From assembly GCA_965243205.1 (NCBI GenBank), contig CBDEUK010000002.1, positions 448,001 to 512,000 of the forward strand: a DNA stretch of 64,000 bases, read 5' to 3'. This DNA is from Gammaproteobacteria bacterium (GTDB lineage Bacteria > Pseudomonadota > Gammaproteobacteria > Eutrophobiales > Eutrophobiaceae). Both the position numbers and the translations under genes were made by a program. This document shows, piece by piece, positions 29,710 to 39,839 of this stretch. How positions within the stretch are numbered: the first letter of the stretch is position 1; each line of letters opens with the position of its first letter. The notes beneath the pieces were generated by a model. That model ran no database searches. It was given only the letters and a program-made list of their open reading frames with translations, and was not told the DNA's origin.

Positions 29710-29735
29710 AGGGCAGCTAACCACTGCCCTTTTTT
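29710..29735 (+). terminator. Intrinsic terminator
   Basis: AGGGCAG-N7-CTGCCCT-TTTTT. Confidence 0.8.
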
Positions 29736-29831
29736 CATTATCGTAATTAAAAATCAAATAATTAATTCTTTATTGGAAAAACTTAAAGTAAACTCTATTT
29801 TCCATTACTAAATTCAAAAAAATAAAGTCTA

Positions 29832-31364
29832 ATGCAAAGTTGGAATTCAAGTTTTAAAGCCTTTTTACATCCTCGTGTTATTACCATGTTGTTTTTTGGC
29901 TTTTCAGCTGGCATTCCTTTGCTACTTATTTTTTCATCTCTGGGTTTGTGGTTAAGGGAAGCGGGGTTAGAACGTTCTACCGTGACCTACTTTAGTTGGG
30001 CAGCCTTAGCTTATTCTTTTAAATTTGTATGGGCTCCATTAGTCGATTCTATACCAATTCCATTATTGACTAAAAAACTAGGAAGAAGACGTGCTTGGAT
30101 TTTAATTTCTCAATTTTCAATTATTTTAGCAATTAGCTTAATGGCTCTAACCGATCCATCACAAGGCACACACCAAGTAACTATGATGGCTTTAGCCACT
30201 ATCCTTTTAGGTTTTTCATCTGCTACTCAAGATATTGTGATCGATGCTTACCGAATAGAATCTGCATCTAGTGATTTACAAGCTCTTATGTCATCAACCT
30301 ATATTACAGGTTATCGAATTGCCATGATTATATCGGGGGCGGGAAGTTTATATTTAGCAAGTTTTTTTGGTTCAACCTCTGAATCATATAATTACACTGC
30401 TTGGCAAAGCACTTATTTATGTATGAGTCTAGTGATGTTAATTGGAGTTACAACAACTTTATTGATAAAAGAACCTCACATAAATAGATCAAAAAATTAT
30501 AACTACGACAAAAATACATACCTTAGAATCTTTATAACTTTTATATTATCAGTCACTGGTTTTATCTTATTATTTTTTATCAGCTCAGAAACAGCTAATA
30601 CATGGAAAATTACTTTATCTAATTATACAAACAACCAGATACTTAGTAACTTTACCGTAGAAGCACTTAGGTTAATCATTGCTACTACATTAGCTTTTAT
30701 CATTGCATTGTTATGCATAAAATTAAATATTGTTGATAAAAAAATTGTTGCTAATACTTACATTGAACCAATTGCTGATTTTTTTAATCGTTACCAATTA
30801 AAACTTGCTCTGTTATTACTCATATTAATTTGCCTCTATCGAATCTCCGATATTGTTCTTGGAGTTATTGCAAATATTTTTTATCAAGATATAGGTTATA
30901 GTAAAAATGAAATTGCTACTGTTGTGAAAACTTTTGGGGTTTTTATGACTATCTTAGGTGGTTTTATTGGCGGAGTATTATCATATCGATATGGAATAAT
31001 AAAAATATTATCACTTGGTGCAGTATTAACAGTTGTTACTAATTTATTATTTATGTTGCTTGCAGAAATTGGATACAATATCACTTTACTTTATATCGTA
31101 ATTTCGGCCGATAATCTTGCGGCAGGTATTGCAAGCGCTGCTTTTATTGCATTTTTATCTAAACTAACAAATATTAGTTTTACAGCCATGCAATATGCAA
31201 TATTTAGTTCTTTTATGACTTTATTTCCAAAAATAATCGGCGGTTACTCTGGCTCAATTGTAGACCAGATTGGTTATTCACAATTTTTTCTATTTGCTTC
31301 TTTACTAGGACTACCAGTATTAGGCATTATTTATTTAAGTAATAAATATTTAAAATTTGATTAA
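29832..31364 (+). CDS. ampG: AmpG-family muropeptide MFS permease
   Basis: GFSAGIP, KFVWAPLVD, LGRRRAW, SATQDIVIDAYRIE, FTAMQYA. Confidence 0.92.
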   Translation: MQSWNSSFKAFLHPRVITMLFFGFSAGIPLLLIFSSLGLWLREAGLERSTVTYFSWAALAYSFKFVWAPLVDSIPIPLLTKKLGRRRAWILISQFSIILAISLMALTDPSQGTHQVTMMALATILLGFSSATQDIVIDAYRIESASSDLQALMSSTYITGYRIAMIISGAGSLYLASFFGSTSESYNYTAWQSTYLCMSLVMLIGVTTTLLIKEPHINRSKNYNYDKNTYLRIFITFILSVTGFILLFFISSETANTWKITLSNYTNNQILSNFTVEALRLIIATTLAFIIALLCIKLNIVDKKIVANTYIEPIADFFNRYQLKLALLLLILICLYRISDIVLGVIANIFYQDIGYSKNEIATVVKTFGVFMTILGGFIGGVLSYRYGIIKILSLGAVLTVVTNLLFMLLAEIGYNITLLYIVISADNLAAGIASAAFIAFLSKLTNISFTAMQYAIFSSFMTLFPKIIGGYSGSIVDQIGYSQFFLFASLLGLPVLGIIYLSNKYLKFD

Positions 31365-31367
31365 AAC

Positions 31368-31850
31368 ATGGCAACAGAGATAGAACGTAAATTTTTAGTC
31401 ATAAATGATGACTGGAAAAAACAAGTTTATAAACAAGAACATTATATTCAAGCATATTTATATACCAATGATAAAAGCTCTACGCGAATTCGTATATGCA
31501 ATGATAAAGCAAATATAAATATTAAAAGTTCAACCATAGGAATCACCCGCGCTGAATATGATTATGAATTACCGATTGATGAAGCTAAAGAAATAGTTGA
31601 AAACCTTTGCGAAAGGCCTTTCATTGAAAAAATGCGTTATTTTGTAAGACATGTAGAACATGTATGGGAGATTGATGTATTTGCAAGAGAAAACGAAGGT
31701 TTAGTAGTGGCTGAAGTTGAATTAGAGTCTACAATTCAAACATTCGAAAAACCAAATTGGGCTGGTCAAGATGTTTCAGATGATCCGAAATATTATAATG
31801 TATTACTAGTTACCACCCCTTTTAATACTTGGCCTGAAAATCAAAAATAA
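31368..31850 (+). CDS. CYTH domain protein (triphosphate tunnel metalloenzyme)
   Basis: EIERKFLV, WEIDVF, VAEVEL. Confidence 0.93.
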   Translation: MATEIERKFLVINDDWKKQVYKQEHYIQAYLYTNDKSSTRIRICNDKANINIKSSTIGITRAEYDYELPIDEAKEIVENLCERPFIEKMRYFVRHVEHVWEIDVFARENEGLVVAEVELESTIQTFEKPNWAGQDVSDDPKYYNVLLVTTPFNTWPENQK

Positions 31851-31853
31851 CTT

Positions 31854-32117
31854 TTATTCTACGATGGCATGTGATGTTTTTGGACGCATGATCAACCACG
31901 CTAAATAGCCTAAAGGCCATACGGCTAAAGCATAAAACCAACCTAAAATTAATGCCAACGCCCCACCTACAATAAACATAAGTGGTAAAATTAAGCCTTT
32001 AGTTCCCATGTCACGTACAGCGGCATCGCCATATATCCATAAAATACTACAAACATAAACCGAACAAAATATTATGAACAAAAATACGCCTAGAACGTTT
32101 TCAAATGATACGGCCAT
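31854..32117 (-). CDS. Small hypothetical membrane protein
   Basis: About 3 TM helices; 4 bp downstream of the MFS gene, with a GGAG RBS. Confidence 0.65.
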   Translation of the reverse strand: MAVSFENVLGVFLFIIFCSVYVCSILWIYGDAAVRDMGTKGLILPLMFIVGGALALILGWFYALAVWPLGYLAWLIMRPKTSHAIVE

Positions 32118-32121
32118 AGTA

Positions 32122-33810
32122 TCACTCCTTCATATAATGTTTTGCATCAACAGGTCGCATAGTAGCGTTCATAATCAATGCTATAAATAATAAAGTTGCC
32201 ATTAAATACATAGTCGTATTATACAAGCTTGGAGTTGGATCAATCGTACCTGCAGGTGCAATTTCCATTAACTTTGCAATTGTCACTGTTTTAGCCGCAA
32301 CTAATTGTTCTAATTGTTCTACACCAGCACCAAAGGTTGTTTTAAAAGTAGCTGGATCAATTTTAGACACTAAATCATTGATCGCATTATTAACAGAAAT
32401 TTCACGAAGAGATGTAATTGCAACAGGTCCAAATACTCCAGCACTACTCCATGCTGTTAACAATCGACCATGTATACCACCAACATATTTTGTTCCAAAG
32501 ATATCCGCAAGATAAGCTGGTATCGTTGCAAAACCTCCTCCATACATAGTAAAGATGATCATTGTGGCGGCGTAGAAATACACTAACCAAACAACCGATG
32601 GATTGATACTAGCTTGTTGAGCGGTATATGGAATAGAACAATACAAAATAATACCTAAAGTAAAAAATACCCAATAAGTATTACGTCTGCCTAAATAGTC
32701 TGAAGTACTTGCCCAGAAAAAACGTCCAACCATGTTAAATAAACTGATCATCAAAACGTAAGTTGAAGCAAAACCAAAATCAACTATACCAGGCAAGCTT
32801 GTGCCAAAAATTTCTTTAATCATTGTTTTAGCTACTGCAAGCACACCAATACCTGCAGTCACGTTAAAACATAATACAATCCAAAGTTGATAAAATTGAC
32901 GTGTTTTTAATGCTTCATCAATATGCACATGATGTTGTGTAATCATACTGCTCTTGCCATTATCTTTGGGTGGTTCCCAACCGGCTGGTTTCCAATCTTC
33001 GGCTGGTACACGATAGGAAAATGCAGCAATTAACATAACAACAAAATAAATCGCACCTAAGGAGAAAAATGCTTGTGCTACTCCAACAGTTCCAGAGCCT
33101 ACTAAGTAAACACCTTCTGGGCCTGGCACAATCATATTGCCAATATCATTCGCACCAATCACCACAACTTCTTTCAGTTCTCCAGCGACTTCAGCTAAAC
33201 GTCTTCCAAAATCATCTGTCGTTAATTTAATAGCATCAACAGTTCCTAAATACTCTGGAGCAACATAAAACAACCTTACAAATGGCTCGATCATAAATTT
33301 GGCAATCATGGCACCACCGCCAAAACCCATAATCGCTAATCCAGTTGCCATGCCTCTTCTATCAGGAAACCAACGAATCAAAGTACTGACAGGCGAAACA
33401 TAGCCTAGACCTAGACCACAACCACCAACGACTCCATAACCTATATAAAGTAACCAAAGCTGGCCTGTTAAAATTCCAAAACCGCCGATGAAAAAGCCCC
33501 CTGCCCAACAACAAGCTGCAACTACTCCAACCATTCTGGGACCAACTTTTTCTAGCCATTTACCTGCGATGGCAGCGGATAAGCCTAGAAAAACTATAGC
33601 AACGGTGAAAATCCACACAACTTGACTAAGCGTCCAATCACCAGATGAACTAGTAACAACACCTAAACGTTTAATCAAAGCTGGATTAAATAGGCTCCAT
33701 GCGTAGACAGAACCGATACAGAGGTGAATACCAAGTGCCGCTGGCGCGATAAGCCAACGGTTAAATCCAGGTTTTGCTACTATGCGTTGCTTAGAAAGTA
33801 AGCCCGACAT
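32122..33810 (-). CDS. OFA (oxalate/formate antiporter) family MFS transporter
   Basis: HLCIGSVYAWS, WFPDRRGMATGLAIMGFGGG, YGGGFATIPAY, IHGRLLTAW. Confidence 0.9.
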   Translation of the reverse strand: MSGLLSKQRIVAKPGFNRWLIAPAALGIHLCIGSVYAWSLFNPALIKRLGVVTSSSGDWTLSQVVWIFTVAIVFLGLSAAIAGKWLEKVGPRMVGVVAACCWAGGFFIGGFGILTGQLWLLYIGYGVVGGCGLGLGYVSPVSTLIRWFPDRRGMATGLAIMGFGGGAMIAKFMIEPFVRLFYVAPEYLGTVDAIKLTTDDFGRRLAEVAGELKEVVVIGANDIGNMIVPGPEGVYLVGSGTVGVAQAFFSLGAIYFVVMLIAAFSYRVPAEDWKPAGWEPPKDNGKSSMITQHHVHIDEALKTRQFYQLWIVLCFNVTAGIGVLAVAKTMIKEIFGTSLPGIVDFGFASTYVLMISLFNMVGRFFWASTSDYLGRRNTYWVFFTLGIILYCSIPYTAQQASINPSVVWLVYFYAATMIIFTMYGGGFATIPAYLADIFGTKYVGGIHGRLLTAWSSAGVFGPVAITSLREISVNNAINDLVSKIDPATFKTTFGAGVEQLEQLVAAKTVTIAKLMEIAPAGTIDPTPSLYNTTMYLMATLLFIALIMNATMRPVDAKHYMKE

Positions 33811-34053
33811 AATAAATCTCCCAACTCAAGTTATTATTATTGTTTACCCTATTTTATAAGGTTGTAGTCATTCTCACATGATTCATGACAGAATGTTATA
33901 AGCGCTTACCGAAGTCAAGTTCCAGTCATATAAGTCATAAAAATTAAGAGTTTATTCATCTATTTAAAGGTTATAATGCATTGCTTTTGACCAAAACTTA
34001 TGAAAAAAATATAATTCAACTAATTGAATTCATTTAAATTTTAGGAAACGTTA

Positions 34054-35055
34054 TTGTCTAATTCTGCAACACAGCTAACCGATAAATTCGGCCGTACTGT
34101 TGACTATCTCAGGATCTCCGTAACTGATCGTTGTGATTTTCGCTGTGTCTATTGTATGGCGGAAGAAATGCAATTTGTTCCAAGAAAAAACTTACTCACT
34201 TTAGAAGAGCTATCAATGATTGCTCGTGCTTTCACTGAACTGGGTACAAAAAAAATTCGCATCACGGGCGGTGAACCTTTAATCAGACGCAATGTATTAA
34301 AACTATTTAAGGACATTGGAGCTTTGCCAGGATTAAACGAATTAGTTACGACCACTAATGGTTCTCAGTTAACAAAAATGTCTGCTGAGCTTAAAGAAGC
34401 TGGTGTTAAAAGAATTAATGTAAGTTTAGATTCATTAAACCCTGAGAAATTTAAACGTATCACTCGGGTAGGTGAACTTAAAGTTGTACTTGATGGTATT
34501 GATAGTGCAATTGAATCAGGTTTTGAAAAAATTAAAATTAATTCAGTTATTTTAAAAAATCGTAACGATGATGAAATTATTGATTTAGTTAATTACTCAA
34601 TTGATAAAGGAATTGATATTAGTTTTATAGAAGAAATGCCTTTAGGTGTTATTGGGGACCATGATAGAGCTGAGGCTTATTATTCAAGCGATCAAATCAA
34701 AGCTGATTTAGAACAACATTTTTCATTAATACCAACCACTGAAACTACTGGTGGTCCCTCTAAATATTATCGCCTTGCTGATTCTAAAACTCGTATTGGA
34801 TTTATATCACCTCATTCACATAATTTTTGTGATACCTGTAATCGAGTTCGTCTAACTTGCGAAGGCCGTTTATTACTTTGTTTAGGACAAGAACATTCTG
34901 TCGACTTACGTGCAATCGTGCGTGAATATCCAAACGATATGAATAAACTTAAACAAACGATTATCGACTCTATGGACATTAAACCTAAAGGTCATGAATT
35001 TGATCTAACTGAGAAACCTATTTTATTCCGTCATATGAATGTGACGGGAGGTTAA
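34054..35055 (+). CDS. moaA: GTP 3',8-cyclase MoaA
   Basis: CDFRCVYC and FCDTCNRVR; C-terminal GG. Confidence 0.97.
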   Translation: MSNSATQLTDKFGRTVDYLRISVTDRCDFRCVYCMAEEMQFVPRKNLLTLEELSMIARAFTELGTKKIRITGGEPLIRRNVLKLFKDIGALPGLNELVTTTNGSQLTKMSAELKEAGVKRINVSLDSLNPEKFKRITRVGELKVVLDGIDSAIESGFEKIKINSVILKNRNDDEIIDLVNYSIDKGIDISFIEEMPLGVIGDHDRAEAYYSSDQIKADLEQHFSLIPTTETTGGPSKYYRLADSKTRIGFISPHSHNFCDTCNRVRLTCEGRLLLCLGQEHSVDLRAIVREYPNDMNKLKQTIIDSMDIKPKGHEFDLTEKPILFRHMNVTGG

Positions 35056-35913
35056 ATGTCTACAAATAATCAACCGGAACTGAGTCAAGCCGGTCTTGAA
35101 CCTACCATTGCTGTTATAGCAACAGATGAATATCAAAACAAACGACAAATGTTCATTGCCGATGAACGTCCATTAACCATCTATGTCGATAGTTATGAAA
35201 TCGTTACATTAATGACCTTAGGCACTAACCCAGAACTATTAACTTTAGGCTATTTAAAAAACCAAGGTATCATAAAAGATATTGCTGAAATCAAATCCGT
35301 TCAAGTTGATTGGGAAGTCAATGCTGCTGCCGTAACCACCCAATCAAAACGAGATGATTGGCAAGATAAACTAGGGCCACGTATCGTTACGACTGGCTGT
35401 GGTCAAGGCACGGTTTATGGCAATATTCTTGAAAATTTAGAATCTTTAAATATTAATCCAATCAAAATAAAACAATCTGATTTATATCGCTTATTAAAAA
35501 ATCTCAATGCTTATAATGAAGTTTATAAAAATGCTGGCGCGGTTCATGGTTGCGCACTATGTAATTTAGTTAATATAGAAATATTTATTGAAGACGTCGG
35601 CAGACATAATGCTGTTGATGCAATCGCTGGCAAGATGTGGTTAGAAAATATTTCTGGCACTAATAAAATATTTTATACCACTGGGAGATTAACCTCTGAA
35701 ATGGTAATGAAAGTTGCACAAATGCAGATCCCAGTTTTGTTATCTCGTTCAGGAATTACTCAAATGGGTTTGAAACTAGCGCAAGATACTGGCGTGACTT
35801 TATTATCAAGAGCCAAAGGCAAACACTTTCTTGTGTACAACGGCAGTGAAAATATTATTTATGATGTTGAACTACCTCAGAAAAAAGAAGTAAGTCATTT
35901 AATAGCTGAATAA
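35056..35913 (+). CDS. fdhD: Formate dehydrogenase accessory sulfurtransferase
   Basis: TTGCGQG, GAVHGCAL, EDVGRHNAVD, GRLTSEMVMK. Confidence 0.93.
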   Translation: MSTNNQPELSQAGLEPTIAVIATDEYQNKRQMFIADERPLTIYVDSYEIVTLMTLGTNPELLTLGYLKNQGIIKDIAEIKSVQVDWEVNAAAVTTQSKRDDWQDKLGPRIVTTGCGQGTVYGNILENLESLNINPIKIKQSDLYRLLKNLNAYNEVYKNAGAVHGCALCNLVNIEIFIEDVGRHNAVDAIAGKMWLENISGTNKIFYTTGRLTSEMVMKVAQMQIPVLLSRSGITQMGLKLAQDTGVTLLSRAKGKHFLVYNGSENIIYDVELPQKKEVSHLIAE

Positions 35914-35919
35914 ATTATT

Positions 35920-36525
35920 ATGAATAACATTCATAAACATGACGATGTTACTGCGATTATTCTTGCTGGTGGGCAAGCGAGACGCATGGATGGTGTTGAT
36001 AAAGGTTTAGTCGAATTGAATCATAAAGCGATGATTGAGTACGTTATTGATAACATAAAAAACCAAACTGATTGGATCATAATTAATGCAAATCGCAATC
36101 AGGATATTTACGAGCAATATCAATATCCCGTTATTCCTGACGACATACCTGACTATGCAGGGCCATTATCTGGCATAGCCAGTTGTTTAAAATTAACTTT
36201 AACGCGCTTCATAGTGACTTGCCCTTGTGACTCGCCTTTCGTCCCTCATAATTTAATTCAAAGATTGCATAATAATTTAGAAGACAACCAATCCGATATT
36301 AGCGTTGCTCATGATGGGGAACGTATGCAACCTGTATTTTCATTAATTAAAGTCAGTTTATTACCATCGTTATTAGATTACTTATCATCTGGAGAACGTA
36401 AAATTGATCGATGGTTCCAACAACATCGATTATCTCTATGTGATTTTTCAGATAATAAAGACGCGTTCATCAATATCAATACATTAGAAGAAAAAGCTGC
36501 AATAGAAAAAAAGTTGAATGAATAA
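35920..36525 (+). CDS. mobA: Molybdenum cofactor guanylyltransferase
   Basis: ILAGGQARRMDGVDKG, GPLSG, PCDSP, NINT. Confidence 0.95.
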   Translation: MNNIHKHDDVTAIILAGGQARRMDGVDKGLVELNHKAMIEYVIDNIKNQTDWIIINANRNQDIYEQYQYPVIPDDIPDYAGPLSGIASCLKLTLTRFIVTCPCDSPFVPHNLIQRLHNNLEDNQSDISVAHDGERMQPVFSLIKVSLLPSLLDYLSSGERKIDRWFQQHRLSLCDFSDNKDAFININTLEEKAAIEKKLNE

Positions 36526-37042
36526 AAAACAGAACATACCAATGATAGGTTTTGCAGCTTATAGTGGCACAGGCAAAACTACATTATTAAAGAAACTAAT
36601 CCCTGAATTAAAATCATATGGTTTAGGTATTGCGGTTATTAAACATGCGCATCATTCATTTGAAATTGATCATGAAGGTAAAGATAGTTATGAACTACGT
36701 AAAGCTGGAGCCGATCAATTGCTCATAGGCTCTAGGGAGCGCTGGGCATTAATCGTTGAAAAACCTGATGAGGATTTATCTTTAGAAGACTACATACAAA
36801 ATCTAAATTTAGATAAAACCGATTTAGTACTTGTCGAAGGTTTTAAACCAGAAAAGATCGCTAAAATTGAATTATGTCGCCCTAGTTTAAATAAGGAACC
36901 TTTTTATATAAACGATGACTCTATCATAGCTGTCGCAACAGATGATAAAAAGCACCACGAAACCCAACTTCCGTTGCTCGACATAAATAACCCAAAACAA
37001 ATCAGCGAATTTATTATTGATTATTTTAAATTATCCGTATGA
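36518..37042 (+). CDS. mobB: Molybdopterin-guanine dinucleotide biosynthesis protein B
   Basis: SGTGKTT, IKHAHH, GKDS, VEGFK. Confidence 0.95.
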   Translation: MNKKQNIPMIGFAAYSGTGKTTLLKKLIPELKSYGLGIAVIKHAHHSFEIDHEGKDSYELRKAGADQLLIGSRERWALIVEKPDEDLSLEDYIQNLNLDKTDLVLVEGFKPEKIAKIELCRPSLNKEPFYINDDSIIAVATDDKKHHETQLPLLDINNPKQISEFIIDYFKLSV

Positions 37043-38319
37043 CATCAAACGATAAAAACTCTATTAAAACCGAAATCAGCTGTAAAGACGATTATGATCC
37101 TAATTCATTAACGCCTGATGAAGCTAACAGACGTATTCGTAATAGTGTTAACATTACTAATCAAGTTGAAACCACTGCTATTCGAGAAAGTCTAGGTAGA
37201 ATCTTAGCAAAAGATATTATATCAACTATGAATGTACCTTCTGCTACTAACTCAGCTATGGATGGTTATGCCATTCGAGGTCAAGATATTCCTGAAACAG
37301 GCATTCAATCGTTCGAACTCATTGGTAATAGCTTCGCTGGGAATGCGTTTTCTGGAAATGTAAAACAAAACCAAACTGTACGTATCATGACAGGTGCCGT
37401 TATGCCAGCAGGAACAGATACTGTTGTCATGCAAGAAAACACAGAAGTTATTTCAGAAACTCAAATTAATATCGGCCAAGATACAAAAACTGGCGACAAC
37501 GTTAGACAAGCCGGCGAAGATATAAATATAAATGATGTCGTACTCAGCGCTGGACAAATACTTTCTCCAGCAGATATTGGTTTAATTGCTTCTCTTGGAC
37601 AAGCTGAGGTTTCTGTTTATAAAAAACTTAGAGTTGCATTTTTCTCTACAGGCGATGAATTGCGCTCTATCGGTGAAGAATTAGAACCTGGCATGATCTA
37701 CGATAGTAATCGTTACACGCTATATAGCATGTTAAAACAATTGGATGTTGAGATTATCGATATGGGTGTGGTGAAAGATATTAAGGAAGATATAGATACT
37801 GCATTTAAACAAGCTTCTGAACAAGCCGATGTTATCATCACTTCTGGTGGTGTATCGGTTGGTGATGCTGACTTTGTTAAAGCCAGTTTAGAAAGCCAAG
37901 GCGAGATGAATTTTTGGAAAGTGGCTATGAAACCAGGTCGGCCCTTAACCTTTGGCAAGATCAATAATGCTTACTTCTTTGGTTTACCGGGTAACCCTGT
38001 TTCTGTCATGGTAACGTTTTATCAATTTGTACAACCCGCTTTAAAATACATGATGGGTAATCAACATTTAAATGAATTTACCATACGTGTTAAATGTGAA
38101 AGTAAATTACGCAAACGTCCCGGTCGAGTTGAATATCAAAGAGGTATTCTAACTAAGAACGAAGAAGGTGAATTAACTGTTAGAAAAACCGGTGCCCAAG
38201 GTTCTGGTATTTTAAAATCCATGTCGAGTGCCAATTGCTTTATTGTTTTACCGCTAGAAAGTGATGGCGTACGCCCTAATGATTGGGTTGACGTTCAACC
38301 TTTTCATGGTGGATTGTAA
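37039..38319 (+). CDS. moeA: Molybdopterin molybdotransferase
   Basis: SAMDGYA, IMTGA, STGDEL, GGVSVG, KPGRP, LPGNPVS. Confidence 0.96.
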   Translation: MTSNDKNSIKTEISCKDDYDPNSLTPDEANRRIRNSVNITNQVETTAIRESLGRILAKDIISTMNVPSATNSAMDGYAIRGQDIPETGIQSFELIGNSFAGNAFSGNVKQNQTVRIMTGAVMPAGTDTVVMQENTEVISETQINIGQDTKTGDNVRQAGEDININDVVLSAGQILSPADIGLIASLGQAEVSVYKKLRVAFFSTGDELRSIGEELEPGMIYDSNRYTLYSMLKQLDVEIIDMGVVKDIKEDIDTAFKQASEQADVIITSGGVSVGDADFVKASLESQGEMNFWKVAMKPGRPLTFGKINNAYFFGLPGNPVSVMVTFYQFVQPALKYMMGNQHLNEFTIRVKCESKLRKRPGRVEYQRGILTKNEEGELTVRKTGAQGSGILKSMSSANCFIVLPLESDGVRPNDWVDVQPFHGGL

Positions 38320-38484
38320 AAATTAAACTCATCAGTTCTTTCTTAATAAATCTTCTATTTCGTCTCTAACCGCTGAATTAATCTAACCTTGTTGTATAAC
38401 TTTCTATGTTTTTCAAACAACACGGCTCTATATAAATTCTATCTTCTTAATTATTGATTTAAATAATGCTACTACAGATGTAGA

Positions 38485-38501
38485 TTGGCATTATTCCTGC
38501 T
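38485..38501 (+). promoter_or_regulatory. Putative sigma54 promoter of the ParA-family gene
   Basis: TTGGCATTATTCCTGCT (GG-N10-GC) with an imperfect IHF-like ATTGATTT upstream. Confidence 0.5.
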
Positions 38502-38620
38502 GCTATGTTTTGAATAAATATGCTCAAAATACTAATTATTTATTTGAAAAAAGTTAATTATTATTTATAGTTAGAGAATAAACTAAAATAACAACTTTAA
38601 TAGTGTGACGTAATATACAA

Positions 38621-39382
38621 ATGGATCTACATTCCATTCATTCTTCCGGCATTAAAGTAAAACGAGTAACCATTCTGAACTCGAAAGGTGGCTGTGGGAA
38701 ATCCACTCTGTCCACAAATCTCGCCAGTATTTATTCGACAAATCAACTACGTACAACACTTATTGATCATGATCCTCAAGGTTCTTCTATACGTTGGCTG
38801 AATCTTCGTTCTAATCATTATCCAAATATTCATGGAATTAACGCGGCGGTTCCACAAGCAGGAGTTACCCGAAGCTGGCAAATGCGAATCCCTGCAGGAA
38901 CCGATAGGCTAATTATTGATACACCAGCTGGTGTTCGAGGCATGGAATTGAATGATTTCGCAAATAATACCGATTTCATTTTAATTCCAGTAGTGCCTTC
39001 TGACGGAGATATTCATGCGACTACACAGTTAATTGCTGAATTACTACTGAACGTAAAGGTGCGCTCATTGGGCGTAAAAGTTGGTGTTGTTGCGAATCGC
39101 GTTAAGAAAAATACCCGAATATTAGAGCAGCTCTATAAATTTTTAGAGCATGTTAAATTTCCTTGTGTCACGGTCTTACGGGACACTCAAAACTATGTCA
39201 ATGCATCCAAACAAGGGCTAGGAATTCATGAAGTCGCTGCAGCTTCAGTGGTGAATGAAGATTTAAAAAGCTGGGATAATTTATTAGCGTTTCTAGAAGA
39301 TGGCAGTGTTCTGGATGTTCATAAATCAGTGCCATCACAAGTCATTGATATTACATCAAAAATAAGCAACTTAAACAAATAA
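38621..39382 (+). CDS. Orphan ParA/MinD-family ATPase
   Basis: KGGCGKST deviant Walker A, DHDPQG, IIDTP; no parB nearby. Confidence 0.9.
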   Translation: MDLHSIHSSGIKVKRVTILNSKGGCGKSTLSTNLASIYSTNQLRTTLIDHDPQGSSIRWLNLRSNHYPNIHGINAAVPQAGVTRSWQMRIPAGTDRLIIDTPAGVRGMELNDFANNTDFILIPVVPSDGDIHATTQLIAELLLNVKVRSLGVKVGVVANRVKKNTRILEQLYKFLEHVKFPCVTVLRDTQNYVNASKQGLGIHEVAAASVVNEDLKSWDNLLAFLEDGSVLDVHKSVPSQVIDITSKISNLNK

Positions 39383-39387
39383 CAGTA

Positions 39388-39831
39388 TTATTCCGAATAG
39401 CCAGCCGTATTCTTTTCTACCCAGCGTTCTCCTTGCTCTAGTTGTTCTTTTTTCCAAAATGGTGCTTTGGATTTTAGATCTTCCATAATGAATCGACAGG
39501 CCTCAAACGCATCGAGCCGATGTTCAGACCACACAGCCACTAATACAATTGCATCACCAATAGCCACTTTTCCAATGCGATGTAGTAGCAACACATCCAG
39601 TAACTGCCATTTTTCACTGGCGGCATCAATTATCGTCTGAAGATGTTTTTCAGTCATCTCAGGGTAATGTTCTAAGGTCATAGATATGACCTTATCGCCT
39701 TCATTACTGTTACGCATAAAGCCTATAAAGCTAGCTTGTGCACCAAATTTACCCAGCTTCAAACGCTTTTGTTCGTAAGATTCAAGCTCTTGATAAGGGT
39801 TGTAAATATCAGGACGTATTTCAATTTGCAT
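39388..39831 (-). CDS. moaE: Molybdopterin synthase catalytic subunit
   Basis: LEHYPEM, HRIG, LKSKAPFWKKE. Confidence 0.96.
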   Translation of the reverse strand: MQIEIRPDIYNPYQELESYEQKRLKLGKFGAQASFIGFMRNSNEGDKVISMTLEHYPEMTEKHLQTIIDAASEKWQLLDVLLLHRIGKVAIGDAIVLVAVWSEHRLDAFEACRFIMEDLKSKAPFWKKEQLEQGERWVEKNTAGYSE

Positions 39832-39839
39832 AGATTGAT

